A DNA stretch of 64,000 nucleotides from contig JBMNIF010000003.1 in assembly GCA_050950765.1 (NCBI GenBank), positions 128,001 through 192,000 on the forward strand. The letters are read 5' to 3'. The position numbers were made by a program, and so were the translations under genes. The notes below the pieces were generated by a model. That model was given only the letters and a program-made list of their open reading frames with translations, searched no databases and was not told the DNA's origin. Source of the DNA: Bdellovibrionota bacterium. Its GTDB lineage: Bacteria > Bdellovibrionota_C > UBA2361 > JAAYZI01. How positions within the stretch are numbered: the stretch's first letter is position 1; each line of letters starts with the position of its first letter. Positions 19,172 to 28,642 of this stretch are shown here, piece by piece.

Positions 19172-20466
19172 CAGAGACGATATCTCAAGATTACCTTTCG
19201 CAAGACTATTTACGTCGCTTACAATTGCAACGTCTACAAGCGATTGTCTCAAGGGCATACGACAATGTTTCTCTTTTTAGAAACCGTTTAGATGAGCGTG
19301 GCATTAAGCCGACAGATATAAAAAGTTTAGAGGACATTCAGAAACTACCCTTTTCCTATAAGCAGGACTTACGCGATTCCTACCCCTTCGGTTTATTTGC
19401 CTCCCCGATGAAAGATATTATTAGGCTGCATGCCTCTAGTGGCACAACGGGGAAGCCGATTGTTGTAGCCTATACAAAGGAAGATTTAAAAGTTTGGTCA
19501 GACTCCGTCAGACGCTCCTTAAGTGCAGCAGGGCTGACCTCTTCTGATATTATTCAGAACTCCTATGGATATGGACTTTTTACGGGTGGATTAGGTGCTC
19601 ATTATGGGGTAGAAGCCTTAGGTGCTACCGTTATCCCAACTTCTGGTGGCAACACTGATAGGCAACTAATGGTTATGCAAGATTTTGGAGTAACTGCTAT
19701 CAGTTGCACACCCAGCTACCTTACGCACATCGTCAATCGTGCTGCTGAAATCGGAATTGATCTGAAAAAACTCCCCATAAGAACTGCTATACTTGGTGCA
19801 GAACCGTGGAGTGAGGAGATGGGCTCTTGGTTTGAGGAGCAAGCAGGTATTAAGGCTTATGATATTTATGGACTTTCTGAGATAACTGGACCAGGTGCTG
19901 CTGCACAATGTGCAGTGCGTGAAGGTTTGCACGTTTTTGAGGACTATTTTTACCCTGAAATTATAGATTCAGAAACAGGTGAAGTTCTACCGGATGGTGA
20001 AGAGGGAGAGTTGGTTCTAACAACTCTGTGTAAAATGGCGATTCCGATGATTCGTTATTGCACAAGGGATATAACTTCGATCATTACTGAACCGTGCCCT
20101 TGTGGTCGTACCTTACGTCGAATCCGTCGTATTTCACGTCGTGCTGATGATATGATTATTTTACGTGGAGTTAATATCTATCCGTCGCAGATCGAAGCAG
20201 CTTTATTATCAGTGGATGGTACGCTACCAGTTTATCAGATTGTACTAACAAAAGAACGTGGCTTAGATCAAGCAACTATTGAAGTAGAAGTTACACCGGA
20301 AATTTTCAGTGATAAGATCGGTGCCTTGCAGCAATTAAGACGGAAGCTTGAATATACCTTAGAGACTACCACCAGTATTCGCATAGCTGTATCATTAGTT
20401 AAGATGAATACAGTTCAGAAGAGTGAGGGCAAGGCCGTAAGGGTAATTGATAATCGTAATAAGTGA
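19168..20466 (+). CDS. paaK: Phenylacetate-CoA ligase
   Basis: HASSGTTGKP, YGYGLFTGGLG, DIYGLSE, EGKAVRVID. Confidence 0.92.
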   Translation: MTETISQDYLSQDYLRRLQLQRLQAIVSRAYDNVSLFRNRLDERGIKPTDIKSLEDIQKLPFSYKQDLRDSYPFGLFASPMKDIIRLHASSGTTGKPIVVAYTKEDLKVWSDSVRRSLSAAGLTSSDIIQNSYGYGLFTGGLGAHYGVEALGATVIPTSGGNTDRQLMVMQDFGVTAISCTPSYLTHIVNRAAEIGIDLKKLPIRTAILGAEPWSEEMGSWFEEQAGIKAYDIYGLSEITGPGAAAQCAVREGLHVFEDYFYPEIIDSETGEVLPDGEEGELVLTTLCKMAIPMIRYCTRDITSIITEPCPCGRTLRRIRRISRRADDMIILRGVNIYPSQIEAALLSVDGTLPVYQIVLTKERGLDQATIEVEVTPEIFSDKIGALQQLRRKLEYTLETTTSIRIAVSLVKMNTVQKSEGKAVRVIDNRNK

Positions 20467-20714
20467 TCTTTTTACTTATTATAAATAAATGAAGCTAGAA
20501 GTGGTGAGGGCAAAGCTGTTAGGGTGATTGATAGTCGTGGTAAACAATCTACTCACTTATATAAATAAATAGAGTTAGAAGTGGTGAGGACAAAGCTGTT
20601 AGGGTGATTGATAATCGTAGTAAACAATCTACTCACTTATATAAATAAATAGAGTTAGAAGTGGTGAGGACAAAATCTGTTAGAGTAATTGATAATCGTA
20701 GTAAACAATCTACT
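20417..20714. repeat. 80-81-bp tandem repeat whose first unit is the 3' end of paaK, about 3.7 copies
   Basis: GTGAGG anchor at 20423, 20504, 20584 and 20664. Confidence 0.9.
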
Positions 20715-20869
20715 TATCAAATAATAGGATAAAAACTATCTCGGGGGTGGCGATTTTCTATGGTTAAAAAAGATAGTTAAGTGCTATGCTCAATCTATCA
20801 TTGAGAACGGTAGCGCTAAAGAATGTTTAAAGTTTTTTAAACTTAGTAAATTAGCAAGGAGGTTTTATT

Positions 20870-21280
20870 ATGATATTAAAGCAGATCTCTATATTTTTAG
20901 AGAACAAAGAAGGTCAGCTATCTTTTCCATGTCAGCTTTTAGCAGATAACGGCATAAATATAACAGCGGCGTGTTTGGCAGATACCAGCGAGTTCGGAAT
21001 ATTACGACTTATTATAGAAAATCATGAAACTGCCACCAAGATCTTACAGGAGAACGGCTATGCCGTTAATATTACAGAGGTGGTTGCTGTAGCTGTTTCT
21101 GATGAACCAGGGGGGTTGTCAAAGATCCTTGAGGTTGTAGATGCGCAAAAATTAAACGTTGAATATATGTATGCCTTTTCGACGAAAAATAAGGAAAAAG
21201 CCTTATTAGTTTTCCGTTTTTCAGATCCGGAACTAGCAGCTCGTGTCTTACAAGATTATGAAGTACCAACCATCTGGTAA
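20870..21280 (+). CDS. Tandem ACT-domain protein (usual paaK neighbour)
   Basis: KQISIFLENK, LADTSEFGILRLI, DEPGGL, NVEYMYAF; AGGAGG RBS. Confidence 0.9.
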   Translation: MILKQISIFLENKEGQLSFPCQLLADNGINITAACLADTSEFGILRLIIENHETATKILQENGYAVNITEVVAVAVSDEPGGLSKILEVVDAQKLNVEYMYAFSTKNKEKALLVFRFSDPELAARVLQDYEVPTIW

Positions 21281-21325
21281 GAGACAATAACTTAAGTTAA
21301 GTATCCTTTTCTTAACTTCTGCTCC

Positions 21326-21840
21326 TAACACTTTTTACCTCCGTAAAGATCTAGCTAATTCGCTTTGTGGTATAAGCCCGTTCAGTTGTTCTTAGAGGGT
21401 GAATTTTTTACCTCCGTCCAGATATAGCTAATTCGATTTGCTGTATCACCCCGACCTATCGTCCCTAAAGGGTAACACTTTTTACCTTCGTCTAGATCTA
21501 GCTAATTCGGTTTGCTGTATCACCCCGTCCTAGCGTCCCTAAAGGGTAACACTTTTTACCTTCGTAAAGATCTAGCTAGTTCGATTTGTAATATAAGCCC
21601 GTTCAGTTGTTCTTAGAGGGTGAATTTTTACCTCCGTCCAGATCTAGCTAATTCGGTTTGCTGTATCACCCCGTCCTAGCGTCCCTAAAGGCTAACACTT
21701 TTTACCTTCGTAGAGATCTAGCTAGTTCGATTTGTAATATAAGCCCGTTCAGTTGTTCTTAGAGGGTGAATTTTTTACCTCCGTCCAGATCTAGCTAATT
21801 CGGTTTGCTGTATCACCCCGACCTATCGTCCCTAGTGGGT
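21326..21840. repeat. 72-74-bp tandem array, 7 units of two subtypes (order A-B-B-A-B-A-B)
   Basis: TTTTTACCT anchor (A at 21337, 21410, 21484, 21558, 21630, 21704, 21777); shared AGATCTAGCTA core. Confidence 0.95.
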
Positions 21841-21906
21841 AGAAAATTCATCCGCCCTTATTTTTAAGTTATTTCTTAATTTATCAAGAATGAGAATAAA
21901 AGGTAA

Positions 21907-21932
21907 GTGGCGGCAAAAAAAGAAGCCGCCAC
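21907..21932. terminator. GC-rich stem-loop, probable terminator
   Basis: GTGGCGGC ... GCCGCCAC between convergent genes. Confidence 0.6.
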
Positions 21933-21979
21933 ATCTACTACCAAAATCTATTAGCTACCTTTATGATAAAAAGGAGTCT

Positions 21980-22580
21980 TTAACTAAATAAAACATACCA
22001 TCCTTTCCGCCCTTCCGGTTTAACTTTATTCCAGAGGTCTTGTATTTCCTTATAGTTCAAAGTATTATCATTAACAAGTTTCACTGGAGGTATTGGATCT
22101 CCATTCAGATCTTTTGTAGCTACATAAACATCTTTGTCTATTTCAACCAATCCAAACTTCTTTATAATTATTTCACGAGCTTCTTCAAGTTTATTACCAC
22201 CTTCATGTGAGCTACCGATTATTACGGCCCTTTCTTCCCCCAAAATTGTGCCAAAAGATTTCAGGGCATTATAGCTGAAGTGAAACAGAACCCCAGGCTT
22301 TCGTTCTGTTTGACCCCAAAATACACTAACTGGATCTGTACTACGTTCTGCGGAAATACCTAAACTTCTATACACGTTAACTATAAAGCCAGCCATTTCC
22401 TCAAGAGCTGCATAATATTTTTTATAATCTTCTATTGTTTTTAGTTTGTTATCTTGTAATCCCCCTGCTGCTTCTCTATGAACACTATCTGGAAAACTCA
22501 CATCTTTTAGGTTATGAGCCCCCCCCCGCAGATCCTGCGAGTTCTTTTTCACCTTTGCCAGTATTAAGCGTATTAGCCAT
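21980..22580 (-). pseudogene. Orphan hypothetical protein with an apparent frameshift in a G9 tract
   Basis: The ATG at 22580 reads MANTLNTGKGEKELAGSAGGS-stop. Removing one G from the run (C9 at 22519-22527 on +) joins it to the 190-aa ORF. Confidence 0.55.
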
Positions 22581-22885
22581 ATTATACCCCATATAAAAAA
22601 TCTACTTCCGTTAACTATATAATAAGCACCTAATATAAATTATAAAAATAGTTACAAAGTAACCTATATATATTCATCTAATCCCTAAATTTGCTTCAGT
22701 TTATTTAAAAGTACCTTATAAACTCCCCCTAATAAAGCACTATTATTAAACTTTTTCTGTTTCCCGTTGAACGTCCCTGCCCGCACTGGCACTAACGGGA
22801 AATGCCAATTTTTTAAACTCCTAAGACTTAAGTCTTAAAAGGTAAAAGACGACAACTTAAGGTGAATATCCTTTCTAGGAGGAGT

Positions 22886-23737
22886 ATGAAAAGCGCTATC
22901 TGCTTGATTTCCTGTCATGATCAAAAAGGGATCGTAGCAAAAGTAACAAATTTTATTTTCTCTAATAACGGCAACATACTACACTTGGATCAACACATCG
23001 ACCCTCAAAGTGAAACTCTATTTATGCGCGTTGAATGGCTACTAGATGATCCTGCCGTATCTCTAAAAACCCTCTCTGAAAGTTTTCAAAGCATCGCAAA
23101 CTTTTTTAACATGGACTACACAATACACTTATCGGAAGAGAAGGAGCGTGTTGCCATCTTTGTTTCTACCGTATCTCATTGCCTCTACGATATTCTCTTA
23201 AAGGTAAAATCGGGGGAGCTTAATTGTGAAGTTCCGTTAATTATTAGTAATCACACCACCTGCCGAGAAATTGCTGACTATTTCAATATTCCTTTCTATT
23301 ACTTTGAAAAAAATAACGGTAATTTTTTAAAAATAGAAGAGGAAGAGGTGGCACTAATTAAGAAATATGAGATTGATACCCTACTTTTAGCACGTTATAT
23401 GCGGATCCTTTCTCCACAATTTGTAGAAAAATTTCCAAATAGAATCATAAATGTACACCACTCATTTTTACCGGCATTTGTCGGAAAAGCTCCCTATGAA
23501 CAAGCTTTTGCACGTGGTGTTAAAATTATCGGAGCCACCAGTCACTACGTTACAGCAAAATTAGACTCCGGTCCCATTATCGAGCAAGCAACCGTTCGTA
23601 TCAACCACAGCGATACTGTTAAAGACTTGCAACGTAAAGGAAAAGAGCTAGAGCGTCTAGTCCTTTCAAAAGCTCTTCAATTACACCTAGCAAAAAAGAT
23701 CCTCGTCTATAACAACAAAACTGTGGTTTTTGATTAA
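22886..23737 (+). CDS. purU: Formyltetrahydrofolate deformylase
   Basis: N-terminal ACT domain, LARYMRIL, INVHHSFLPAF, RGVKIIGATSHYVT; AGGAGG RBS. Confidence 0.95.
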   Translation: MKSAICLISCHDQKGIVAKVTNFIFSNNGNILHLDQHIDPQSETLFMRVEWLLDDPAVSLKTLSESFQSIANFFNMDYTIHLSEEKERVAIFVSTVSHCLYDILLKVKSGELNCEVPLIISNHTTCREIADYFNIPFYYFEKNNGNFLKIEEEEVALIKKYEIDTLLLARYMRILSPQFVEKFPNRIINVHHSFLPAFVGKAPYEQAFARGVKIIGATSHYVTAKLDSGPIIEQATVRINHSDTVKDLQRKGKELERLVLSKALQLHLAKKILVYNNKTVVFD

Positions 23738-23774
23738 AAGTATAACGATCAATTAAAAATCGAACCGTTTGATG

Positions 23775-24695
23775 CTAAATAAAAAATTGATAAAAGTGAT
23801 ACCACTGCAAAGGATATTTTAAAGTCAACGTCTCTAAATTTTTTACATATAACTGTATAAAATCTCTTAAATGCGACCTTTGAAAACACTCCTCCGGAAC
23901 TTCTTTAAAAAATAACCTATAAGAGTTCCCTCTCTCTTTTAAACAATGGATAAAAAAAGTAGGCGCATTCATTAACTGCACAAACTTAAAAACACCGCTA
24001 GGAAATCGCACCTCCTTCCCAAGAAATAAAAACCTTTCGAACTTCTCGGGCACTTTTGCAGAAACCCGATCCCCTGCCATCACTACTAGTGCTCCTTTTT
24101 TTAATTCGTCATCTATCAGAGCAGCTGTTTCAATACCGATCTCTTCTACCGCATGAAAAACCACCATCTCAAAAGAGAGGTGTTTTTTTATAAATTCGTG
24201 AAAAATAGCTGATTGTGAAACCTGCATAAAAACATGCACTCGAAGAGGTTTTAATAATTGAATAGAGTTGAGAACACCGAGTGCAGCTTCTCCATTTCCT
24301 AAGTGAGAAGATATTAAAAAACACCCCCTCCCTTCACTTAAAGATCTCTTAAAGGTCTCAATATCATCATTAGAAGAGACAAATTCAGGGATGTTTTTTT
24401 TTAGTGTATAGATGTCAAACTTATCAACCACCGCAAAAACATACGATAAGATATGAGAAAACGGTGAGAATTTAGTAACCCTAAGCCCATGTGCTCTCTG
24501 ATAATTATTTAAAATACTTAAATATGAACGTGACGCTTTTCTTGCAGAAACTGCACATAAAAAGATCAGAAAAGAGATCGGGATCAATATTAACTTTAAA
24601 ACTCTCTTATTGAAACTTTTATAAATAATCCACAAAAGCTCTAATCGATAAATGCCCGCCCCCTGCTCTTTTTCTTCAAACCACTCTTTTTTCAT
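23775..24695 (-). CDS. LpxL-like acyltransferase resembling the C-terminal half of ApeJ
   Basis: WFEEKEQG start, SSHLGNGE, MAGDRV, YPLQWYHFY; cluster context. Confidence 0.75.
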   Translation of the reverse strand: MKKEWFEEKEQGAGIYRLELLWIIYKSFNKRVLKLILIPISFLIFLCAVSARKASRSYLSILNNYQRAHGLRVTKFSPFSHILSYVFAVVDKFDIYTLKKNIPEFVSSNDDIETFKRSLSEGRGCFLISSHLGNGEAALGVLNSIQLLKPLRVHVFMQVSQSAIFHEFIKKHLSFEMVVFHAVEEIGIETAALIDDELKKGALVVMAGDRVSAKVPEKFERFLFLGKEVRFPSGVFKFVQLMNAPTFFIHCLKERGNSYRLFFKEVPEECFQRSHLRDFIQLYVKNLETLTLKYPLQWYHFYQFFI

Positions 24696-24697
24696 CT

Positions 24698-26947
24698 TTA
24701 AGAATCTTCAGTTTTATCCTGCCTTATCTTCAATAGATACCCCGTCAGGAATTTTGTCGACAAATACGCAAAAAGCAAGCCGCCTCCTAAGACTAAACCT
24801 AAGGTTTTTGTTAAAGTAAATGTTGTAAAGGCAAGTAATCCGAACCCTACAAAACTGGTTAAAAACGATCCCAAAACAGCATAAGAAGTTGCGGCAGAAT
24901 GCAGAGTAGTAGAAAAAATTATATAATCCAGACTTAGCCCCATCAAAAGAAAGAAAGATAGTAGATGAAAAAAAGTTATCGGATGGTGCAATACCCCACA
25001 CAAAGCAAGTATCGATAATATCGATAGTAGTGATGGTAGGAGTAAAAATAAGCCCCGTTTCCCATAAACAGCTAGAAGAAAAAACATCAAGACCGCAAAA
25101 GTTCCTGCCAACAAACGATAGACTTCAAGACGGTACCTTGCAAATGATTCTACAATAAATTTCTGTGGCGAAATTATAAGGGTATCTTTTAGATCGTCTG
25201 TTAAATCTATCCAGTGCGGAAGTTGAATAATTGAATAATATCCCCTTTCTCCTCTTAGTATAAAATTATTTAAGTTTTCCTTTAAAAAAGGAGGAAGGGT
25301 CGCATTTTCCAGATCTAAAAAGTCCCCTCCCAGACTTAGCTCTTTAGATAGCTTTAATTTTCCTTGCAAATCACTACTTTTTTCACCGAAAAGATCTTCA
25401 ATTAAAGCTGCATTTTCTCGTTGCCGTTTTAAAGATGGGATAAACGATGATAAACGCATTTTAGGCAGGTCAGGCATCCTTTCAGCTAAAGACTCTTCAC
25501 GTTCTAAAAGTCCCTGTAAGGTGTCAGCAGGCGTAAGTAAAAAAGTAGTGTCCGTTGCAGCATTAAGTTTATGAAAAAGAACGTCCTCCGCTAAGAGATC
25601 TTTATCGGGGGTATAAAAGTTCTGAATTGAATCATTGGTCACTACTTGAGAACAGCCGTAAACCAAAAATAAAGAGAAAAAAACCGCCACAAAAAACCTG
25701 CACTTTGGCGGAAGTTGAAGGTTATGAATGGTATACCTCTTAAAGGAAAATTCCCTGCCTCCTACCCAATTTTTAGTAAGTAAAATATAAAACCCTACAA
25801 CAAAGAGAAAAGCTGAAAGCATTCCGAACATTGAAAAGAGAGCGATCTGGCGTAAAATAATCAATCCGGAGAAAAGTAAGGGCGTAAAAGCTAAAAGCGT
25901 TGTTAATAAAGCCATTAGCAAATTTTTAAAAATTTTATGTAAAGCAGAGATACCATCTGCACCTTCCATGCGAGCGATGAAAAAATGTAACGAATAATCA
26001 ACAGAGATACCTATCAACGTTGTTCCAAAAACAAACGTCAAGATATGCAAGTTACTAAAAAAAATAGAGGTCGCCATAAAGGCACTAAAGAATGCAAAAG
26101 AGGTCGCCAAGAATAGGGGTAAAACAAATTTAAAGTTTCTAAAGAAGAAAAAAGCAATTCCAAAGACAAAAGAGAGCGATAAAAATGACAGGAAATTGAT
26201 CTCTTTTTTACTCTGTTGTGCTGCTAACGCTGCATGAAAAGGGCTACCACTAAGGTGTACTTTAAAAGAATCTGTATTAAATTTAGTAAGATCATCTTTT
26301 AGAGTCTGCAACTTCTTATAAACACCATCATCCATAAAATTAGGAGTAACTCTAAACTTAAGTACCGTTAATACATAATATTTCCCATCTTGACTATATT
26401 TACGAAGTAAGAAGCCGTCTTTATTTTCCCAGACACCGTTAGCACGTGGTAAATTTAAAATATAATTTTTAAATAATAGAAACGGATCTTCCGAAATAGA
26501 GAGAAATTGCGGCGTAAATGCACTAAATAGAGCAGCTAAATTTTTATTATAAATACCGTCAAAATCTCTCTTTAAAAGCAGCCCCCTATCCTCATCAGAT
26601 AATAACCCGCGACGATATTTTGAGATCTCTTGTATTACCCCTTGTAAATCATCAAAATTAAATGATGAGATATTTTTAAAATCATCTCCCGAGATTGTTT
26701 TAGTAATCTCTTTTGCCCCTTGTAAGGCTGCCTGCTCTGTTTCAGCTTCAAACAAAAGCTGGATAGTATTTGAGAACTTATCTGCTAAGAGCTTATTAGC
26801 TTCATAAGCTTCAGAACTTCTATCTTGAATCATCGATAAAAGATCAGTTTCAAAAGTAGGTGGTGCTAAAAAAAGGGAAAAGAGAGCACTAATAAAAAAT
26901 ACCACTACTAAGATCTGCGCTATTTTTATGATTTTTTTAAGAAACAC
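24698..26947 (-). CDS. apeM: MMPL/RND-family exporter (ApeM-like)
   Basis: About 12 TM segments, ETDLLSM, LIGISVDYSLHF and MGLSLDY motifs; cluster context. Confidence 0.82.
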   Translation of the reverse strand: MFLKKIIKIAQILVVVFFISALFSLFLAPPTFETDLLSMIQDRSSEAYEANKLLADKFSNTIQLLFEAETEQAALQGAKEITKTISGDDFKNISSFNFDDLQGVIQEISKYRRGLLSDEDRGLLLKRDFDGIYNKNLAALFSAFTPQFLSISEDPFLLFKNYILNLPRANGVWENKDGFLLRKYSQDGKYYVLTVLKFRVTPNFMDDGVYKKLQTLKDDLTKFNTDSFKVHLSGSPFHAALAAQQSKKEINFLSFLSLSFVFGIAFFFFRNFKFVLPLFLATSFAFFSAFMATSIFFSNLHILTFVFGTTLIGISVDYSLHFFIARMEGADGISALHKIFKNLLMALLTTLLAFTPLLFSGLIILRQIALFSMFGMLSAFLFVVGFYILLTKNWVGGREFSFKRYTIHNLQLPPKCRFFVAVFFSLFLVYGCSQVVTNDSIQNFYTPDKDLLAEDVLFHKLNAATDTTFLLTPADTLQGLLEREESLAERMPDLPKMRLSSFIPSLKRQRENAALIEDLFGEKSSDLQGKLKLSKELSLGGDFLDLENATLPPFLKENLNNFILRGERGYYSIIQLPHWIDLTDDLKDTLIISPQKFIVESFARYRLEVYRLLAGTFAVLMFFLLAVYGKRGLFLLLPSLLSILSILALCGVLHHPITFFHLLSFFLLMGLSLDYIIFSTTLHSAATSYAVLGSFLTSFVGFGLLAFTTFTLTKTLGLVLGGGLLFAYLSTKFLTGYLLKIRQDKTEDS

Positions 26948-27510
26948 TATAACTCTATCTTAATATTTATCTTGTCTGAATTCTTATAATCGATCACAAC
27001 ATCCGTTAAGGCTTTAGCAGTACCACGCACTGTTACTGTTTTTAAAACGGCGGCTACCTGCGCTTTTAACGGAGTAAGCCTCGCACTCCAGACAACACCA
27101 TCTTGATAGTCTACCGCAAAATCAGCAAAAAGTTTGGAATAATCTCCCTTTAAGAAACTATCGATCGCTGCATTAATCGCTTGTGCTTCCTGATTAGCTC
27201 CTAACGGGTAACGTTGTTCAGCACCTGCCATTATCACATTAAAAGAAAGTGGGGTAATTACATATTTTACAGGCACAGGGTTTATAACATTCCAGACCAG
27301 CTCTCTACCATCTCTTACAGAAAAGGTGCCACTACTATCTAAAACGATTCCGAGATCTCCCAAAGTTTTGCTCTGTTTAAAAGTTCCCCGACATGAAAGG
27401 CTATTAGCGATGACCTGTTTTATCTTCGGAGGAAATGCTCCTATCCTTTCGGCATAACATTCAGAAAAAACACCTAGTAAAAGTATAATAATAAAAGAAA
27501 ACTTCTTCAT
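26947..27510 (-). CDS. apeL: LolA-like periplasmic carrier (ApeL-like)
   Basis: Signal peptide, GTFKQSK, SSGTF, LVWNVINP, LTP; between thioesterase and MMPL. Confidence 0.75.
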   Translation of the reverse strand: MKKFSFIIILLLGVFSECYAERIGAFPPKIKQVIANSLSCRGTFKQSKTLGDLGIVLDSSGTFSVRDGRELVWNVINPVPVKYVITPLSFNVIMAGAEQRYPLGANQEAQAINAAIDSFLKGDYSKLFADFAVDYQDGVVWSARLTPLKAQVAAVLKTVTVRGTAKALTDVVIDYKNSDKINIKIEL

Positions 27511-27914
27511 TTTGACCCAACCTGCAATTTTCTTAAAAACGGCTGTGGCAGTTCAAACAAACTTTCTTTTGTTTTTAAATCAACCACCATTTGCTTAGTT
27601 TCTGCCTTGCAAAGCTTCTCTAAGCTGGCACTGTCCGTAATCAAATATTTAAAAATCAGTAGATTATCACTCGGCACTAATTCAGCCTTAACATCTATCA
27701 ACTGCCCAAAGCGACACGGCTTAATATACTTAATTTGCAACAAGATTACAGGTGCAGCAAAGCCGAGTTCAGCCATCGTCGTATAACTAAGTCCAATCTC
27801 TTCAAGAAAAGCACAACGAGCCTCTTCAAGGTATTTAAGATAATTCCCATGCCACGCCACTTGCATCGGATCTACATCATAAAAAGGTATCTTTATCGTA
27901 ACTGTTTTTTCCAT
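27507..27914 (-). CDS. apeK: 4HBT-family acyl-CoA thioesterase (ApeK-like)
   Basis: IPFYDVDPMQVAWHGNYLKYLEEAR. Confidence 0.88.
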   Translation of the reverse strand: MEKTVTIKIPFYDVDPMQVAWHGNYLKYLEEARCAFLEEIGLSYTTMAELGFAAPVILLQIKYIKPCRFGQLIDVKAELVPSDNLLIFKYLITDSASLEKLCKAETKQMVVDLKTKESLFELPQPFLRKLQVGSK

Positions 27915-28633
27915 TTCCTAAGATAATACCTTAAAAGATTAAACGGTGCGATACAGCAAAGATATGTATGTAAAAGCGAGATGCTACAATTATCACGCAC
28001 TTTTTTAAAATGGGAAACTCCACCGACAGGATAGGTAACTTTCGTTTTTAAATTGATTATCTCTATCCCCTCCCAACAAGAACGCACCAGTATTTCAATA
28101 TCAAACCCCATCCTCATAAATTTTAACTTAGGGATTACAGGACGAAGGCCTTGTAAGGGATAAATTCTAAAACCACACATGGCATCAGCAATCTTATTTG
28201 AAAGGGTCTCCACAGAAACCCAAAAATTAGTAAACTTATGCCCCCAAAAGTTACTTCTTGGAACAGACTCATCAAACTCCGGCACACCGTTAATTAAGGC
28301 TTGCGGATTTTGCACAGCAAGATCCATAAAAGATTTAAGATCTTGCAGGTTATGTTGCCCATCAGCATCAATCTGAATTATATGTGTAAATCCTGCACTC
28401 TCCGCCTCTTGAAGACCTGCTATAAAAGCAGCGCCCTTACCCTTATTTTTTCTCAACTCAAGATACCTTACGTTCTTATCAGTCACTAATTGCCTAAGTT
28501 TTAACGTTTCATCTTCAGAGCTACCGTCATTAACGATCAGAAGGGGAAGATTTAACGCTAAGAGGTGGGGCAAAAAACGGTTTAGATCTTCATAGTGGTT
28601 ATAAAACGGAATCAAGATTACAAAACGTAACAT
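27893..28633 (-). CDS. GT2 glycosyltransferase resembling the N-terminal half of ApeJ
   Basis: LIPFYNH, VNDGS, NKGKGAA, QIDADGQH, DAMCGFRIYPL, GVSHF. Confidence 0.88.
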   Translation of the reverse strand: MLRFVILIPFYNHYEDLNRFLPHLLALNLPLLIVNDGSSEDETLKLRQLVTDKNVRYLELRKNKGKGAAFIAGLQEAESAGFTHIIQIDADGQHNLQDLKSFMDLAVQNPQALINGVPEFDESVPRSNFWGHKFTNFWVSVETLSNKIADAMCGFRIYPLQGLRPVIPKLKFMRMGFDIEILVRSCWEGIEIINLKTKVTYPVGGVSHFKKVRDNCSISLLHTYLCCIAPFNLLRYYLRKWKKQLR

Positions 28634-28642
28634 CGCTTTTTC

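Noticed and set aside
20417..20714. Diversity-generating retroelement TR/VR pair
   Set aside because: Differences are not adenine-specific and no reverse transcriptase is present in the window
21326..21840. CRISPR or guide-RNA array
   Set aside because: Only two related spacer types recur; no recognisable effector gene adjacent
22760..22802. Riboswitch (ZMP/ZTP or THF) upstream of purU
   Set aside because: A hairpin TTTCCCGTT/AACGGGAAA exists but I could not match the consensus aptamer elements; an Rfam/Infernal scan would decide
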